33,663 nucleotides of DNA from an uncultured Porphyromonadaceae bacterium (GCA_947176615.1 CAMWRO010000001.1:1-33663); one strand, 5' to 3'; positions 1 through 9,502 are shown, counted from the stretch's first letter. Translations and numbers: made by a program. Notes: generated from the letters alone by a model not told the origin.

Positions 1-53
1 AAGGGCACAACGGTTTTCGAGACCGCCCCGATCGACCACTCCGGCATCTTTCC
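1..53 (-). tRNA. tRNA-Ser(CGA), 5' part only (3' end lies outside the window)
   Basis: Reverse complement reads GGAAAGATGCCGGAGTGGTCGATCGGGGCGGTCTCGAAAACCGTTGTGCCCTT: D-arm with GAGTGG, anticodon arm GCGGT-CT-CGA-AA-ACCGT, then the start of a long variable arm typical of tRNA-Ser. Confidence 0.93.
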
Positions 54-111
54 TTTGAAATTTATGTGCATCCCCGATTGTGACGGGGTGCGTTGGAGGG
101 TTTTGCGGTTG

Positions 112-119
112 CAAAGTTA
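112..119 (-). promoter_or_regulatory. Bacteroidetes sigma-A -7 element (TAACTTTG) for tRNA-Ser
   Basis: CAAAGTTA on + equals TAnnTTTG on -, about 60 nt upstream of the tRNA 5' end. Confidence 0.7.
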
Positions 120-200
120 CTACTTTTTTTCAATTATCACAAGATTTTTTCTAATTTTTGAAAAAATGATGGTTACGCAAAATTGGCAAAATAGGCAGAA

Positions 201-232
201 CGCGAGGGATGCCGTCGGCGGCATCCCTCGCG
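201..232. repeat. GC-rich perfect inverted repeat (14-bp stem)
   Basis: CGCGAGGGATGCCG-tcgg-CGGCATCCCTCGCG between the divergent tRNA and GH43 promoters. Confidence 0.7.
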
Positions 233-447
233 CGGGGTTTGAAAAATGTGTGCGTTTTTCAATTGTATAGCCTTTGATGTCATTGTTGTGACACAAAGAT
301 ACGCCGGCCCGGGAGGCTTCTGCAAAATTTGCGTTCCATCTTGTTTTAACCGGCAGGATTATTTGACGAAGTGGCATGAATCGCTGACGTAACGCGTTTT
401 TGCTATTTTTTGCCGCATAGATGGCATAATTCATGTCGCAAATGGGG

Positions 448-455
448 TAAATTTG
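448..455 (+). promoter_or_regulatory. -7 promoter element (TAAATTTG) for the GH43/FG-GAP operon
   Basis: TAnnTTTG consensus 24 nt upstream of ATG 480. Confidence 0.65.
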
Positions 456-479
456 CACCATAATTTACCTTAAAACAGC

Positions 480-2219
480 ATGAAGATATTTTTGCAGATA
501 TGTGTCGCCGCCTCGCTGGCAGCGACTGCGGCAAATGCCGCGCAACCAACATCGTTCAGCAAAGTAGGCGACGGCGATGAATCGGTTCAAGAATTTTTTC
601 CGGGAGAACATCGTGCCCGTCCCGTGATGGGCGACTATGCCGATGCGGGCAAGATGGGTGTTTTCTCGGGCGGACAGGACCTCGGCGGTTCCACCGGGTG
701 GTATGACGATGACCGCTGGGGCGACCAAGGCGACGGAACGTTTGCCAACCCCGTGCTGAATGCCGATTATTCCGACCCCGACGTAATCCGCGTAGGTGAC
801 AAATATTATCTGACCTGTTCCGAATTTCATTTCATGGGGATGCCTATTCTGGAATCTGACGACATGGTCAACTGGAAAATCATCGGACAGGTGTTTGACT
901 CTATCGACCTCCCCGGTTACTCGTCGATGGAGAAATACGGTTCGGGCAGCTGGGCTCCGGCGTTGCGCTATCACGACGGGAAGTTCTGGATATTTGTGTG
1001 CACCCCCGGCGAGGGATTGTTCATGTCGAGTGCCGAGAAACCCGAAGGACCGTGGTCGCCGCTCCATAACGTGAAAAACGTCTCGGGATGGGAAGACCCG
1101 TGCCCGCTGTGGGACGACAACGGTGATGCTTACCTTGGCCGCAGCCAGCTCGGCGGCGGTCCCATCATCATCCACAAGATGAGTGCCGACGGCAAGACCC
1201 TGCTCGACGAGGGACGCAAAGTATATGAGGGGCCTACTGCCGAGGGAACCAAACTGTTCAAGAAGGATGGTTATTACTATATCAGCATCCCCGAGGGGGG
1301 TGTGGGCACCGGATGGCAGACCGTCATGCGTTCCAAGAACATCTATGGCCCCTACGAGAGCAAGCGCGTGCTTGAAATGGGGTCGACACGCGTCAACGGC
1401 CCCCATCAGGGCGCGCTCGTCGACACGCCCGACGGCGAATGGTGGTTCTACCACTTCCAGTCGGCCGGGGCGCTCGGCCGCGTGATGCACCTCCAGCCGG
1501 TGGTGTGGAAAGACGGATTTCCCGAAATCGGCACTGACTATGATCTCAACGGCGTGGGCGAGCCCATGAAGATTTGCCGCAAGCCTGCGACCGGCAAGGA
1601 GGTTGCTCCCGCCGCACCGCACACTTCTGACAGCTTTGACAACGGCCGGCTCGGCATCCAGTGGCCGTTCAACCACAATCCCGACCGCAGCCGCCTCTCG
1701 CTCGACACCCGCGACGGATGGCTCGCAATCCGCCCCCTCAAGGCCGACAAGGCGCGCAATGCCCGCAACCAGCTGACACAGAAGATGATGGGCAACCGCA
1801 GTCAGGCGACCGTGAAGCTCGACTTCGCATTGATGCTTGCCGGTGACCGTGCGGGCCTCGAATGCCTCGGCAACAAGTTCATGACACTCGGCGTGTACTG
1901 CAACAGCAGCGGCGACCCCATCCTCTATATCGAGGACAACGGCAGCGTGTCAAGCAAAAAGGCGTTGAAAAACATCGGTCAGGACTATATCTATCTGCGT
2001 CTCGACATGAATGCCTCCGACAATAAGTATCAGTATTACTACAGCCTTGACGGCGAGACATATATCCGTGTCGGAAACTCGTTTGAAATGGGTGACGGCG
2101 ACTGGAAGGGCGCGCGCAGCGGCATCTATGCCTACACTACGGCTGCCGACGATTCCAAGGCCGGTACCGCGTTGTTTGATTTCTTTGAATACACCCATGA
2201 CGGCCCTGCCGCACGATAA
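480..2219 (+). CDS. Glycoside hydrolase family 43 (beta-xylosidase/arabinofuranosidase-like) with C-terminal beta-sandwich; signal peptide
   Basis: Motifs NPVLNADYSDPDVIRVG, WAP, WEDPCP, EGTKLFKKDGYYY, PHQGALV; SDSFD...QWxFNHNP start of the GH43 C-domain; N-terminal signal peptide ending ANA. Confidence 0.92.
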   Translation: MKIFLQICVAASLAATAANAAQPTSFSKVGDGDESVQEFFPGEHRARPVMGDYADAGKMGVFSGGQDLGGSTGWYDDDRWGDQGDGTFANPVLNADYSDPDVIRVGDKYYLTCSEFHFMGMPILESDDMVNWKIIGQVFDSIDLPGYSSMEKYGSGSWAPALRYHDGKFWIFVCTPGEGLFMSSAEKPEGPWSPLHNVKNVSGWEDPCPLWDDNGDAYLGRSQLGGGPIIIHKMSADGKTLLDEGRKVYEGPTAEGTKLFKKDGYYYISIPEGGVGTGWQTVMRSKNIYGPYESKRVLEMGSTRVNGPHQGALVDTPDGEWWFYHFQSAGALGRVMHLQPVVWKDGFPEIGTDYDLNGVGEPMKICRKPATGKEVAPAAPHTSDSFDNGRLGIQWPFNHNPDRSRLSLDTRDGWLAIRPLKADKARNARNQLTQKMMGNRSQATVKLDFALMLAGDRAGLECLGNKFMTLGVYCNSSGDPILYIEDNGSVSSKKALKNIGQDYIYLRLDMNASDNKYQYYYSLDGETYIRVGNSFEMGDGDWKGARSGIYAYTTAADDSKAGTALFDFFEYTHDGPAAR

Positions 2220-2234
2220 ACAGGAGGGCCTATA

Positions 2235-3941
2235 ATGAAAAAGCAGATATTCTCAGCAGCAGTCGCGCTGCTGTGCGCGGCCTCGGCACAGGGTCATGTG
2301 TGGGACGAGCTCGCTACCCTTGCCCGTCCTAATGCCGAAGGCACTTTTGACCTTGAAAGATATAATTTCATCCAACCCACGACCTACACCAACGCCATCT
2401 TCCTCGACTTCAACAACGACGGTCAGCTCGACCTTCTCGTGATGGGGCAGGGGGGCGACTGGAACATACCGTCGTCGCAGAAGTTTGTGCTCCTGTACCG
2501 AAACCTCGGCCCGACGGAGAACTACCGTTTCGAGCGAGTCCCCGACACAGGATTGCGGCAGGCTTGTGACGAGGGTTATTTCAACCCCGTCTCGGCGGGT
2601 GACTTCAACCATGACGGCTACACCGACCTGCTGATGATGACCAATGACGGAACCCGCAACGTGGAGCTGTATCTCAATGACCGCGGCACGGGACGTTTCA
2701 CCAAGGCACCTCTCGCCCTTGCCGGAGTTAGCAACGGCTCGGTGATGCTCGGCGACATCGACGGCGACGGATGGCTCGACATCGAGTACACCGGCTCTGA
2801 CGACACCACTCCCGCCGCATTGAAACTTTACCGTAACCTTGGCGACGGAACCGTGCAGGATGTATCGGCCGACGGTGTGACAGGCGCATCGGCCGGTCAG
2901 TCGACGTTAGGCGACCTCGACGGTGACGGCCTGCTCGACATCATCAGTTTCGGCACAGGCGACAATGGCAGCCGCGTTGCTGACATCTACTATAACACAT
3001 ATCCCTCGTGGCGACAGGTCAAGGGGAGCGACTGCGGAATCCTCGCCGCATCCGCCGCCAATGCACTCGTGGCCGACTTCAACGCCGACGGTTTCATGGA
3101 CATCGTCGCCAACGGCGAGGCCGATACCGGCGGATACCGCACCCGCATCTATTATGGTGCCCCCGACGGCAATTTCACCCTCGACTCCACCTATCCCGTC
3201 ATCGCTGTCAACCAAGACGGCGGCATCAACATGGGCGACTGGAACGGTGACGGCAACATGGACCTCATCGTCGGCGGCTACCTCGGCAACAACGACGGTG
3301 ACATTCCCCGCTATTCGGCACCATTGCGAGTGTATGAAAACCGTCCCGCCGACGCCGGCAACACCCGCCCCGAGGCTCCCGCATCGGTCAAGGCCGACTT
3401 TGCCGACGGCAAAATCATCATCGAGTGGACCGACGGCAGCGATGCCGAGAGCCCTACAGCCGCCCTGCGCTATAATATATATGTAAAGAACGAGACCACC
3501 GGCGAGCTTTACACCATGATTCCCGCCGACATCGCCACCGGGCAGCTCAAAGTGGGCACCGACTTGCAGACATCCCTCTCGTCGCGCGTGAAACGCTACG
3601 AGATGACCCCCTTGGGCAGCGGCGACTACACCGTGGGAGTCCAGACACTCGACCAGTCCTATGCTCCGAGCTGTTTCGCCACAACCCGCATAGAAGGGGT
3701 GACACACTCGGCCATAGGCGAGACCCTTGCCGATGATTCCGACATCCGCGTCAGCCTCGACGGCCTTGACCTGACAGTCGACACCGCCTCGGTCGCTGCC
3801 GTAAAAGTCTATACCCCCGACGGCCGTCTTGCCGCCGCAGGCAGCGCGCCCACCATCCTCTCCCTCCCCGCTGCCGGACTCTACCTCGTCAGCGTCACCA
3901 CTCCCTCCGCATCCAAGTCAATGAAAATCGCCGCCCGCTGA
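2235..3941 (+). CDS. FG-GAP/VCBS-repeat beta-propeller protein with FN3-like domain and probable T9SS C-terminal sorting domain
   Basis: Six DxDxDGxxD motifs (DFNNDGQLD, DFNHDGYTD, DIDGDGWLD, DLDGDGLLD, DFNADGFMD, DWNGDGNMD); NTRPEAP...IEW...YNIYV FN3-like segment; C-terminal VYTPDGR...GLYLV...K tail; signal peptide. Confidence 0.85.
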   Translation: MKKQIFSAAVALLCAASAQGHVWDELATLARPNAEGTFDLERYNFIQPTTYTNAIFLDFNNDGQLDLLVMGQGGDWNIPSSQKFVLLYRNLGPTENYRFERVPDTGLRQACDEGYFNPVSAGDFNHDGYTDLLMMTNDGTRNVELYLNDRGTGRFTKAPLALAGVSNGSVMLGDIDGDGWLDIEYTGSDDTTPAALKLYRNLGDGTVQDVSADGVTGASAGQSTLGDLDGDGLLDIISFGTGDNGSRVADIYYNTYPSWRQVKGSDCGILAASAANALVADFNADGFMDIVANGEADTGGYRTRIYYGAPDGNFTLDSTYPVIAVNQDGGINMGDWNGDGNMDLIVGGYLGNNDGDIPRYSAPLRVYENRPADAGNTRPEAPASVKADFADGKIIIEWTDGSDAESPTAALRYNIYVKNETTGELYTMIPADIATGQLKVGTDLQTSLSSRVKRYEMTPLGSGDYTVGVQTLDQSYAPSCFATTRIEGVTHSAIGETLADDSDIRVSLDGLDLTVDTASVAAVKVYTPDGRLAAAGSAPTILSLPAAGLYLVSVTTPSASKSMKIAAR

Positions 3942-3964
3942 CGGCTGGCATAATATTGTGACCC

Positions 3965-4010
3965 AAAATCAGGGCGGGAACCGAAATTCCGGTTCCCGCC
4001 TCTATTTTTT
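3965..4010 (+). terminator. Rho-independent terminator after the GH43/FG-GAP operon
   Basis: GGCGGGAACCG...CGGTTCCCGCC stem followed by TCTATTTTTT. Confidence 0.75.
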
Positions 4011-4042
4011 AATTGCGATATGCTTATATCGTGAAAAATCCT

Positions 4043-4050
4043 TATATTTG
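4043..4050 (+). promoter_or_regulatory. -7 promoter element (TATATTTG) for the S41 peptidase
   Basis: Consensus match 24 nt before ATG 4075. Confidence 0.65.
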
Positions 4051-4074
4051 CCTCTGAAAAAATCTCATCCTGAC

Positions 4075-5712
4075 ATGAAAAAAACAATCATTTACCTGAC
4101 ATTACTGTTAACTGTCATGGGAATCGTTTCGGCCCGTGAGGCAACATTCCGCACCGGCATTGACAATATCGAGTTTCGGCTCGATGGCAAATCAATCCCC
4201 GGAGGGTGGTATGTCTCTCCCGAGGAAAATCCCGACATAATCGAAACTACCGCCCGCGAGATATTTTTTGCCTCGGATGTCGATAGCATCTCCGTCATTC
4301 TTGACGAATGGGAGAGATTTTATCTTGACATGCTCACCGCCCGTGGTGACACGGCCCGTGTCCGCATAACCCGCTATCCGGTCTGTCCTTTTGAAAATCC
4401 CGACTCCGAATTGCTGAAACTTCCCGCCTCGGGCAAGTTGAGCCGCGAACAGGCGGCCTTTGACATCGACGCGCTTGTCTATACTCTCGACCAAGTTCAC
4501 CCCGACATTTTCTCGGTCTGCGGACAGGAGTCATTCTTCCGCGCTGTCAATAAGGCCAAGGCATCTTTGCCCGACTCGGTCAGTCCCGTCGAGCTTTATC
4601 TCCGCGTCGCCCCTGTCGTGTCAATGATAGGCGACGGTCACACCTCGCTGGTATTCCCCTTCAACTCATTTTTCACCCGTGACACCAAGCGATTTCCTGT
4701 CTTTGTCGATATTCTGAGTGACGGAGCCATGAACTGTCGCATGTCGGTCGACTCGGTTATTCCCCGCGACGCGCGCATTTTAAGCATCAACGGTGTCTCG
4801 GCAACTGAAATGGTTGATTCGATGCTGCCGTTTGTCAGCGGCGAGAAACGGCATTTTCGGATGTCAGGGGTCAATTACTCCTTCCCGGCTCTGTTGCTGA
4901 CGATGTATCCTGCCGACAGCTACACGGTCGAGTACCTCCCCCGTGGCAATAAAAAGCCGCTGCGGCACATATTCCCCGCCTTGACCCTCGACGAGATACG
5001 TCCCAGACTGCCCAAAGAGAATGCCGTGCAAAAACGCGATATATACTCCTTCACTGTCGACAGCGTCAATAATGTAGCCGTGATGGATTTCAAGTCGTTT
5101 CAGGATGTCCCGCGCATGGTGCATTTCGCCGACTCGATGTTTAGTGCATTGCGTGAAAAGCACATAGGCAATCTCATTATCGACCTCCGCGACAACGGCG
5201 GCGGCAACAGTGCGGTAGGGGATGTGCTGCTCCGCTACCTCTCCCCGATACCATTCACGCAGATGGAGAAAGCTCTCGTAAAGGTGACACCAACGACGGC
5301 GCGGTTAAGGGAACTTCCCATCCCGGCCGGTGGATTTGAGTTCTACGACTCTGACCCTTCGGAATATATTGTGCCGCTTACCGTGCAGGAGGGACATTAT
5401 GACGGCAAGGTATATCTTCTTACCTCCAACAAGACTTTTTCTTCAGCCGGGTCCTTCGCATGGGCATTTAAAGAAACCGGTGCCGGAACGGTCGTGGGGG
5501 AGGAAACCGGCGGCATGAACGTCAGTTTCGGAGAGGTGATTTATTTTGCCCTTCCCGTCTCGAAACTGTATAGCTCTGTTTCGTGTAAACGTTTCTGGCA
5601 GTTCCATGCCGACGAGAATGACATTCACGGCACACTCCCTGACATCCCGGTTCCTGCCGCCGATGCCATGAGTGCAGCCATGAAACTGGCCAAGAAAAAC
5701 CGCCGCAAGTAA
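4075..5712 (+). CDS. S41 family (tail-specific/tricorn-like) peptidase, secreted
   Basis: LIIDLRDNGGGN, TFSSA (catalytic Ser region), VVGEETGG, PDI motifs and DGHT. Start moved from 3958 to ATG 4075, which gives a clean signal peptide (MKKTIIYLTLLL...) downstream of a promoter and terminator. Confidence 0.88.
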   Translation: MKKTIIYLTLLLTVMGIVSAREATFRTGIDNIEFRLDGKSIPGGWYVSPEENPDIIETTAREIFFASDVDSISVILDEWERFYLDMLTARGDTARVRITRYPVCPFENPDSELLKLPASGKLSREQAAFDIDALVYTLDQVHPDIFSVCGQESFFRAVNKAKASLPDSVSPVELYLRVAPVVSMIGDGHTSLVFPFNSFFTRDTKRFPVFVDILSDGAMNCRMSVDSVIPRDARILSINGVSATEMVDSMLPFVSGEKRHFRMSGVNYSFPALLLTMYPADSYTVEYLPRGNKKPLRHIFPALTLDEIRPRLPKENAVQKRDIYSFTVDSVNNVAVMDFKSFQDVPRMVHFADSMFSALREKHIGNLIIDLRDNGGGNSAVGDVLLRYLSPIPFTQMEKALVKVTPTTARLRELPIPAGGFEFYDSDPSEYIVPLTVQEGHYDGKVYLLTSNKTFSSAGSFAWAFKETGAGTVVGEETGGMNVSFGEVIYFALPVSKLYSSVSCKRFWQFHADENDIHGTLPDIPVPAADAMSAAMKLAKKNRRK

Positions 5713-5724
5713 CGGTTGCTATGG

Positions 5725-6984
5725 CTATAACTGCCCTCTGAGGAGCTTGATGGCGAGGATGAGGGCGCGGGTGGTGGCGGCGTCGATTACGCGGGGGCGG
5801 TTGCCGGGGAAACGGGCGGTTTCCGAGTAGGTTTTCCAGCCGTCGGCGGTCTTCATCGCGACGGCGATACATACCGTTCCGACAGGCTTTTCTTCGGTTC
5901 CTCCGCCGGGTCCGGCAATGCCGCTTGTGGCCATCGCGATTGTCGCGCCTGTGGCCTCGCATGCTCCTCGGGCCATCTGCTCGACTACCGGGATTGAAAC
6001 TGCGCCGTAGCGGTCGAGGTCGTCGGCACTGACATTGAGTATGCGCCGCTTGACCTCGTTGCTGTAGGCCACTATTCCACCCTGCATTGCGGCCGAGCTG
6101 CCCGGTATCATAGTGATGGAGTGGGCGATGTTGCCGCCGGTACAGCTCTCGGCGGTCGCAATCATCATTCCTTGCTGACCGGCATCGTGCAGCAGGATTT
6201 CGGCGGGCGAGAGGTCGTCGGTCGCCAGAACGGCGTCGCCGAGCATCCCCGCAAGCTCTCCGGCATATCGGTCAACCTCGGCGGTGATGAATTTCTCGTC
6301 ACGGTGTGTCCCGTCGAGGCGCAGGCGTATTACTCCCGGTCGGGGAAGATAGGCGAGATGGAGATGGGGCGGCAGGGCCGTTTCCCAGTCGGCAATCTTC
6401 ATGGCGAGCGCGCTCTCGGTGTAGCCGGTGACAATCAGTGTGGCGTGGCGGATGGCGACATCGGTGCCGAATCGGCGGCGCAGCATGGGGAAAACTTTCT
6501 CGGAAAACATCTGACGTGTCTCAAACGGTACGCCCGGCATCGAGACAAGCACCTTGTCGCCGCGTTCAAACCATGTGATGGGTGCCGTTCCCACCTCGTT
6601 CTGGATGATTGTTGCCGATGTCGGGACAATCGCTTGGTCGGCGGTCAGCCGGTTGAGTGCGATTCCCCGTCGCGACACGACACGCCTGACATTTTCGAGC
6701 GTGGCCTCGTCAAGACGGAGTTCTCCGCCGAAGTAGTCACAAAGAACCCCCTTGGTTATGTCATCTTTTGTAGGGCCGAGACCGCCTGTCGTGAGGACGA
6801 TGTCGCTAAGCTCCATCGCGCGGTCTATGGCGCGGGTTATAGCATCGGCATCGTCGGCCACGGTCTGTACGTCGGCCACGCGCCATCCCCAAGGGGCCAT
6901 CTGCCGGGCAAGTTCGCCCGAATTGGTGTCGACAACCTGCCCTATGAGCAGCTCGTCACCTATGACGATTACTGAAACGTTCAT
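5725..6984 (-). CDS. cinA: CinA family protein (MoCF-binding/ADP-ribose pyrophosphatase domain plus NMN deamidase PncC domain)
   Basis: IGDELLIGQVVDTN, TGGLGPTKDD, PGVP, ATAESCTGG, SGIAGPGGG motifs. Confidence 0.95.
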   Translation of the reverse strand: MNVSVIVIGDELLIGQVVDTNSGELARQMAPWGWRVADVQTVADDADAITRAIDRAMELSDIVLTTGGLGPTKDDITKGVLCDYFGGELRLDEATLENVRRVVSRRGIALNRLTADQAIVPTSATIIQNEVGTAPITWFERGDKVLVSMPGVPFETRQMFSEKVFPMLRRRFGTDVAIRHATLIVTGYTESALAMKIADWETALPPHLHLAYLPRPGVIRLRLDGTHRDEKFITAEVDRYAGELAGMLGDAVLATDDLSPAEILLHDAGQQGMMIATAESCTGGNIAHSITMIPGSSAAMQGGIVAYSNEVKRRILNVSADDLDRYGAVSIPVVEQMARGACEATGATIAMATSGIAGPGGGTEEKPVGTVCIAVAMKTADGWKTYSETARFPGNRPRVIDAATTRALILAIKLLRGQL

Positions 6985-7001
6985 TTGCTTAAACCGTAAA
7001 C

Positions 7002-8021
7002 TCAGACTTTAACCCTCGCGTAGGGGACATCGTCGTAGCGGCAGAAGTCCTTGTCGAGGAATTTGTAATATCCGGCGATGGCGACCATAGCCGCGTTGTC
7101 GGTCGTAAACATGCGCTCGGGGATAAATGTGGTCAGTCCGCGGCGGCTGCAATATTGCGCCACTGCGTCGCGCACTCCCGAGTTGGCCGACACGCCGCCT
7201 CCGATGGCGACGGTCTTGACCCCGGTCTGCTTGACAGCCTTGTCGAGTTTGTCGAGAAGGATGTCGATGATGGTCTTTTGTAGCGATGCTGCAAGGTCAG
7301 CCTTGTTCTTTTCGATAAAATCGGGGTCAAGTTTCAGCGCGTCGCGCAGCGTGTAGAGAAACGATGTCTTCAGGCCGCTGAAACTGTAATCGAGGCCGGG
7401 GATGTGGGGCTTGGCAAATTTGAACGCCGTTGCGTTTCCCTCGGCGGCGAGGCGGTCGATGTGCGGGCCGCCGGGATAGGGGAGTCCCATCACCTTGGCG
7501 CACTTGTCAAATGCCTCTCCGGCGGCATCGTCGATTGTCTGCCCCAGTATTTCCATGTCGTTGTAATTTCTGACGAGGATGAGCTGACTGTTGCCTCCCG
7601 AGATGAGCAGGCACAGGAATGGATACTCGGGGATGCGGTCGGCGGCGGTGTGGCGGATGAAGTGGGACAGCACATGGCCGTGGAGATGGTTGACATCCAC
7701 GATGGGGCAGCGCAGTCCGAGTGAAAGCCCCTTGGCAAACGATGTGCCCACAAGCAGCGACCCCAAGAGTCCGGGCCCGCGTGTGAACGCGATGGCGCTC
7801 AGGTCGTGCTTGTCAATACCGGCGCGTTTCAGTGCCGTGTCTACGACGGGGACAATGTTTTGCTGATGGGCGCGCGAGGCAAGTTCCGGCACCACGCCGC
7901 CATATTCGGCATGGACCGCCTGCGATGCGATAACGTTGCTCAGCAGGATGCCGTCGCTGATGACCGCTGCCGAAGTGTCGTCACAAGACGATTCGATTCC
8001 CAGTATAGTTATTTTGCTCAT
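7002..8021 (-). CDS. tsaD: tRNA N6-threonylcarbamoyladenosine transferase TsaD
   Basis: LGIESSCDDT, GGVVPELASRAH, NHLHGH, TIDDAAGEAFDK, SFSGLKT, TDNAAM. Confidence 0.97.
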   Translation of the reverse strand: MSKITILGIESSCDDTSAAVISDGILLSNVIASQAVHAEYGGVVPELASRAHQQNIVPVVDTALKRAGIDKHDLSAIAFTRGPGLLGSLLVGTSFAKGLSLGLRCPIVDVNHLHGHVLSHFIRHTAADRIPEYPFLCLLISGGNSQLILVRNYNDMEILGQTIDDAAGEAFDKCAKVMGLPYPGGPHIDRLAAEGNATAFKFAKPHIPGLDYSFSGLKTSFLYTLRDALKLDPDFIEKNKADLAASLQKTIIDILLDKLDKAVKQTGVKTVAIGGGVSANSGVRDAVAQYCSRRGLTTFIPERMFTTDNAAMVAIAGYYKFLDKDFCRYDDVPYARVKV

Positions 8022-8061
8022 GATTTACTTTCGTTTCAACATAAGAACCTCAATTAGGTCA

Positions 8062-8069
8062 CAAAATTA
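8062..8069 (-). promoter_or_regulatory. -7 element (TAATTTTG) for tsaD-cinA
   Basis: CAAAATTA on +, 40 nt upstream of the tsaD start. Confidence 0.6.
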
Positions 8070-8073
8070 CGAA

Positions 8074-8130
8074 ATATATCATAGGCGGGTCAAAAAAACG
8101 ACAAGATTTTTTGACCCGCCTATGATATAT
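8074..8130. repeat. Perfect 24-bp inverted repeat; probably terminates the AAA+ gene transcript
   Basis: ATATATCATAGGCGGGTCAAAAAA-acgacaaga-TTTTTTGACCCGCCTATGATATAT. Confidence 0.85.
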
Positions 8131-8152
8131 TAGGAATTAAACGGTTTTTGGA

Positions 8153-9445
8153 TTAGTCTTTTAAACATGCAAGAGGAATTACCTTGACTCCGTCAGGACG
8201 CGTGTATGCAATTTTTCCGCCTGTAATTACGATTAATAAATCCGGTTCACGAAGTTTTATTTGCCCCTCCTTTGCATTATATTTTTTTATCAGTCCTTTT
8301 ATCTCGATAAGATGCTCTGCCCCAATCTCGATTTCAGCACTTCCGAGTTTAAATTCTATAAGTGCATATCTTCCGTCATCAAGATGTAGAACTGCGTCAG
8401 CTTCAAGATTATATCTGTCATGATAATATGATATATCCCCATAAGAGGATTGAGTGTAGACTTTTAGGTCTCGAATTGCCATACACTCAAAGATAAATCC
8501 AAAGGTTTTTAAATCGACTTCTAATGATTGCGGAGACATTCCCATAGCGGCAACGGCTATTGATGGGTCTACTAATCCACGTTTGGGACTTCTCCGAATA
8601 ACAGTTGCCGATCTTACTGCGGGAGACCATGCTGAAATATCCTGTATAACAAACAATCGTGTTAACGCTTTTACATAATCGTCATAAGTTCTATCGGAGC
8701 ATCCGCCACTCAGTGCGTTCACGTCTTTTAATAGACTGGTACGTTTGGCTAAAGTGGATAGATTGCGTGAGTAAGAACGGATAATTGCTTTAGCTAAGTC
8801 CGGATCACGTCTTACCCCGTCAATATTTATAATATCTGATTCGACAACTCCTTCGAGATAATCTTTTGCTACTCTCAATGATTCTATGGGATTTGCAACT
8901 CTAAGTGATGCCGGCCATCCTCCTCTACAGGCGGCTCTGATGAGATTATTGATATCCATAGATGACATTATGCCGTCTATATCCATTGAAGGATTGTCAA
9001 AAAGCTCTCGAATTGAAATTTCACCGGTAGATTCATTTGATTCATAAAGGCTCATAGGGTACATTCTCATTCTGGAAATCCTACCGGTACCACTGTGCAT
9101 TATAAGTTTGTGATCGACTGAGTTACTGCCTGTGAGAATGAACTGTCCCGGTTCCCCGCCACGCTCATCCACCATTGTCCTGACTGCATCCCAAAGCATG
9201 GGGGCATCTTGCCATTCGTCAATCAACCGAGGAGTTAATCCTTTCAATAAATTGGATGGACGTGTTTTAGCCGTGACCATATACGCCTCCCTCATGTCCG
9301 GATTTTGCAATTTCAGTATACTTTTAGCTTGTTGGGCTGCTGTAGTTGTTTTACCACACCATTTTGGTCCTTCAATAAGTACTGCTCCCATATACCCTAA
9401 TCGGTTGGCGAGTTCTTGGTCGGCTATTCGTGAAAGATATTTCAT
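8153..9445 (-). CDS. AAA+ ATPase (AAA_14) with C-terminal DUF4143 nuclease-like domain (COG1373 type); AT-rich
   Basis: Walker A GPKWCGKT, Walker B LIDEWQ, FILTGS, GRI, GGWP; C-terminal GFIFE...YYHD...EADAV...IEFKLG. Start placed at MKYLSR (ATG 9445), downstream of a consensus promoter. Confidence 0.9.
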   Translation of the reverse strand: MKYLSRIADQELANRLGYMGAVLIEGPKWCGKTTTAAQQAKSILKLQNPDMREAYMVTAKTRPSNLLKGLTPRLIDEWQDAPMLWDAVRTMVDERGGEPGQFILTGSNSVDHKLIMHSGTGRISRMRMYPMSLYESNESTGEISIRELFDNPSMDIDGIMSSMDINNLIRAACRGGWPASLRVANPIESLRVAKDYLEGVVESDIINIDGVRRDPDLAKAIIRSYSRNLSTLAKRTSLLKDVNALSGGCSDRTYDDYVKALTRLFVIQDISAWSPAVRSATVIRRSPKRGLVDPSIAVAAMGMSPQSLEVDLKTFGFIFECMAIRDLKVYTQSSYGDISYYHDRYNLEADAVLHLDDGRYALIEFKLGSAEIEIGAEHLIEIKGLIKKYNAKEGQIKLREPDLLIVITGGKIAYTRPDGVKVIPLACLKD

Positions 9446-9466
9446 ATTCGTTTTATTGAGAATGCG

Positions 9467-9497
9467 CAAAGATAGTTTAAAATCCACAATACTGCAA
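9467..9497 (-). promoter_or_regulatory. sigma-A promoter of the AAA+ gene (-33 TTG at 9495-9497, -7 TATCTTTG at 9467-9474)
   Basis: Both Bacteroidetes elements with a 20-nt spacer. Confidence 0.7.
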
Positions 9498-9502
9498 CCG
9501 AT

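Noticed and set aside
1-480. tRNA-Ser as an integration site for an island in this window
   Set aside because: Only the 5' side of the tRNA is in view. Integration normally occurs at the 3' end, which is outside the window, and no integrase is present.
3958-4074. Upstream extensions of the S41 ORF (also 14132-14275, 28965-28988 and 32548-32592 for other genes)
   Set aside because: They overlap terminators or promoters, or precede the family-like start; downstream ATGs give proper signal peptides or conserved N-termini.
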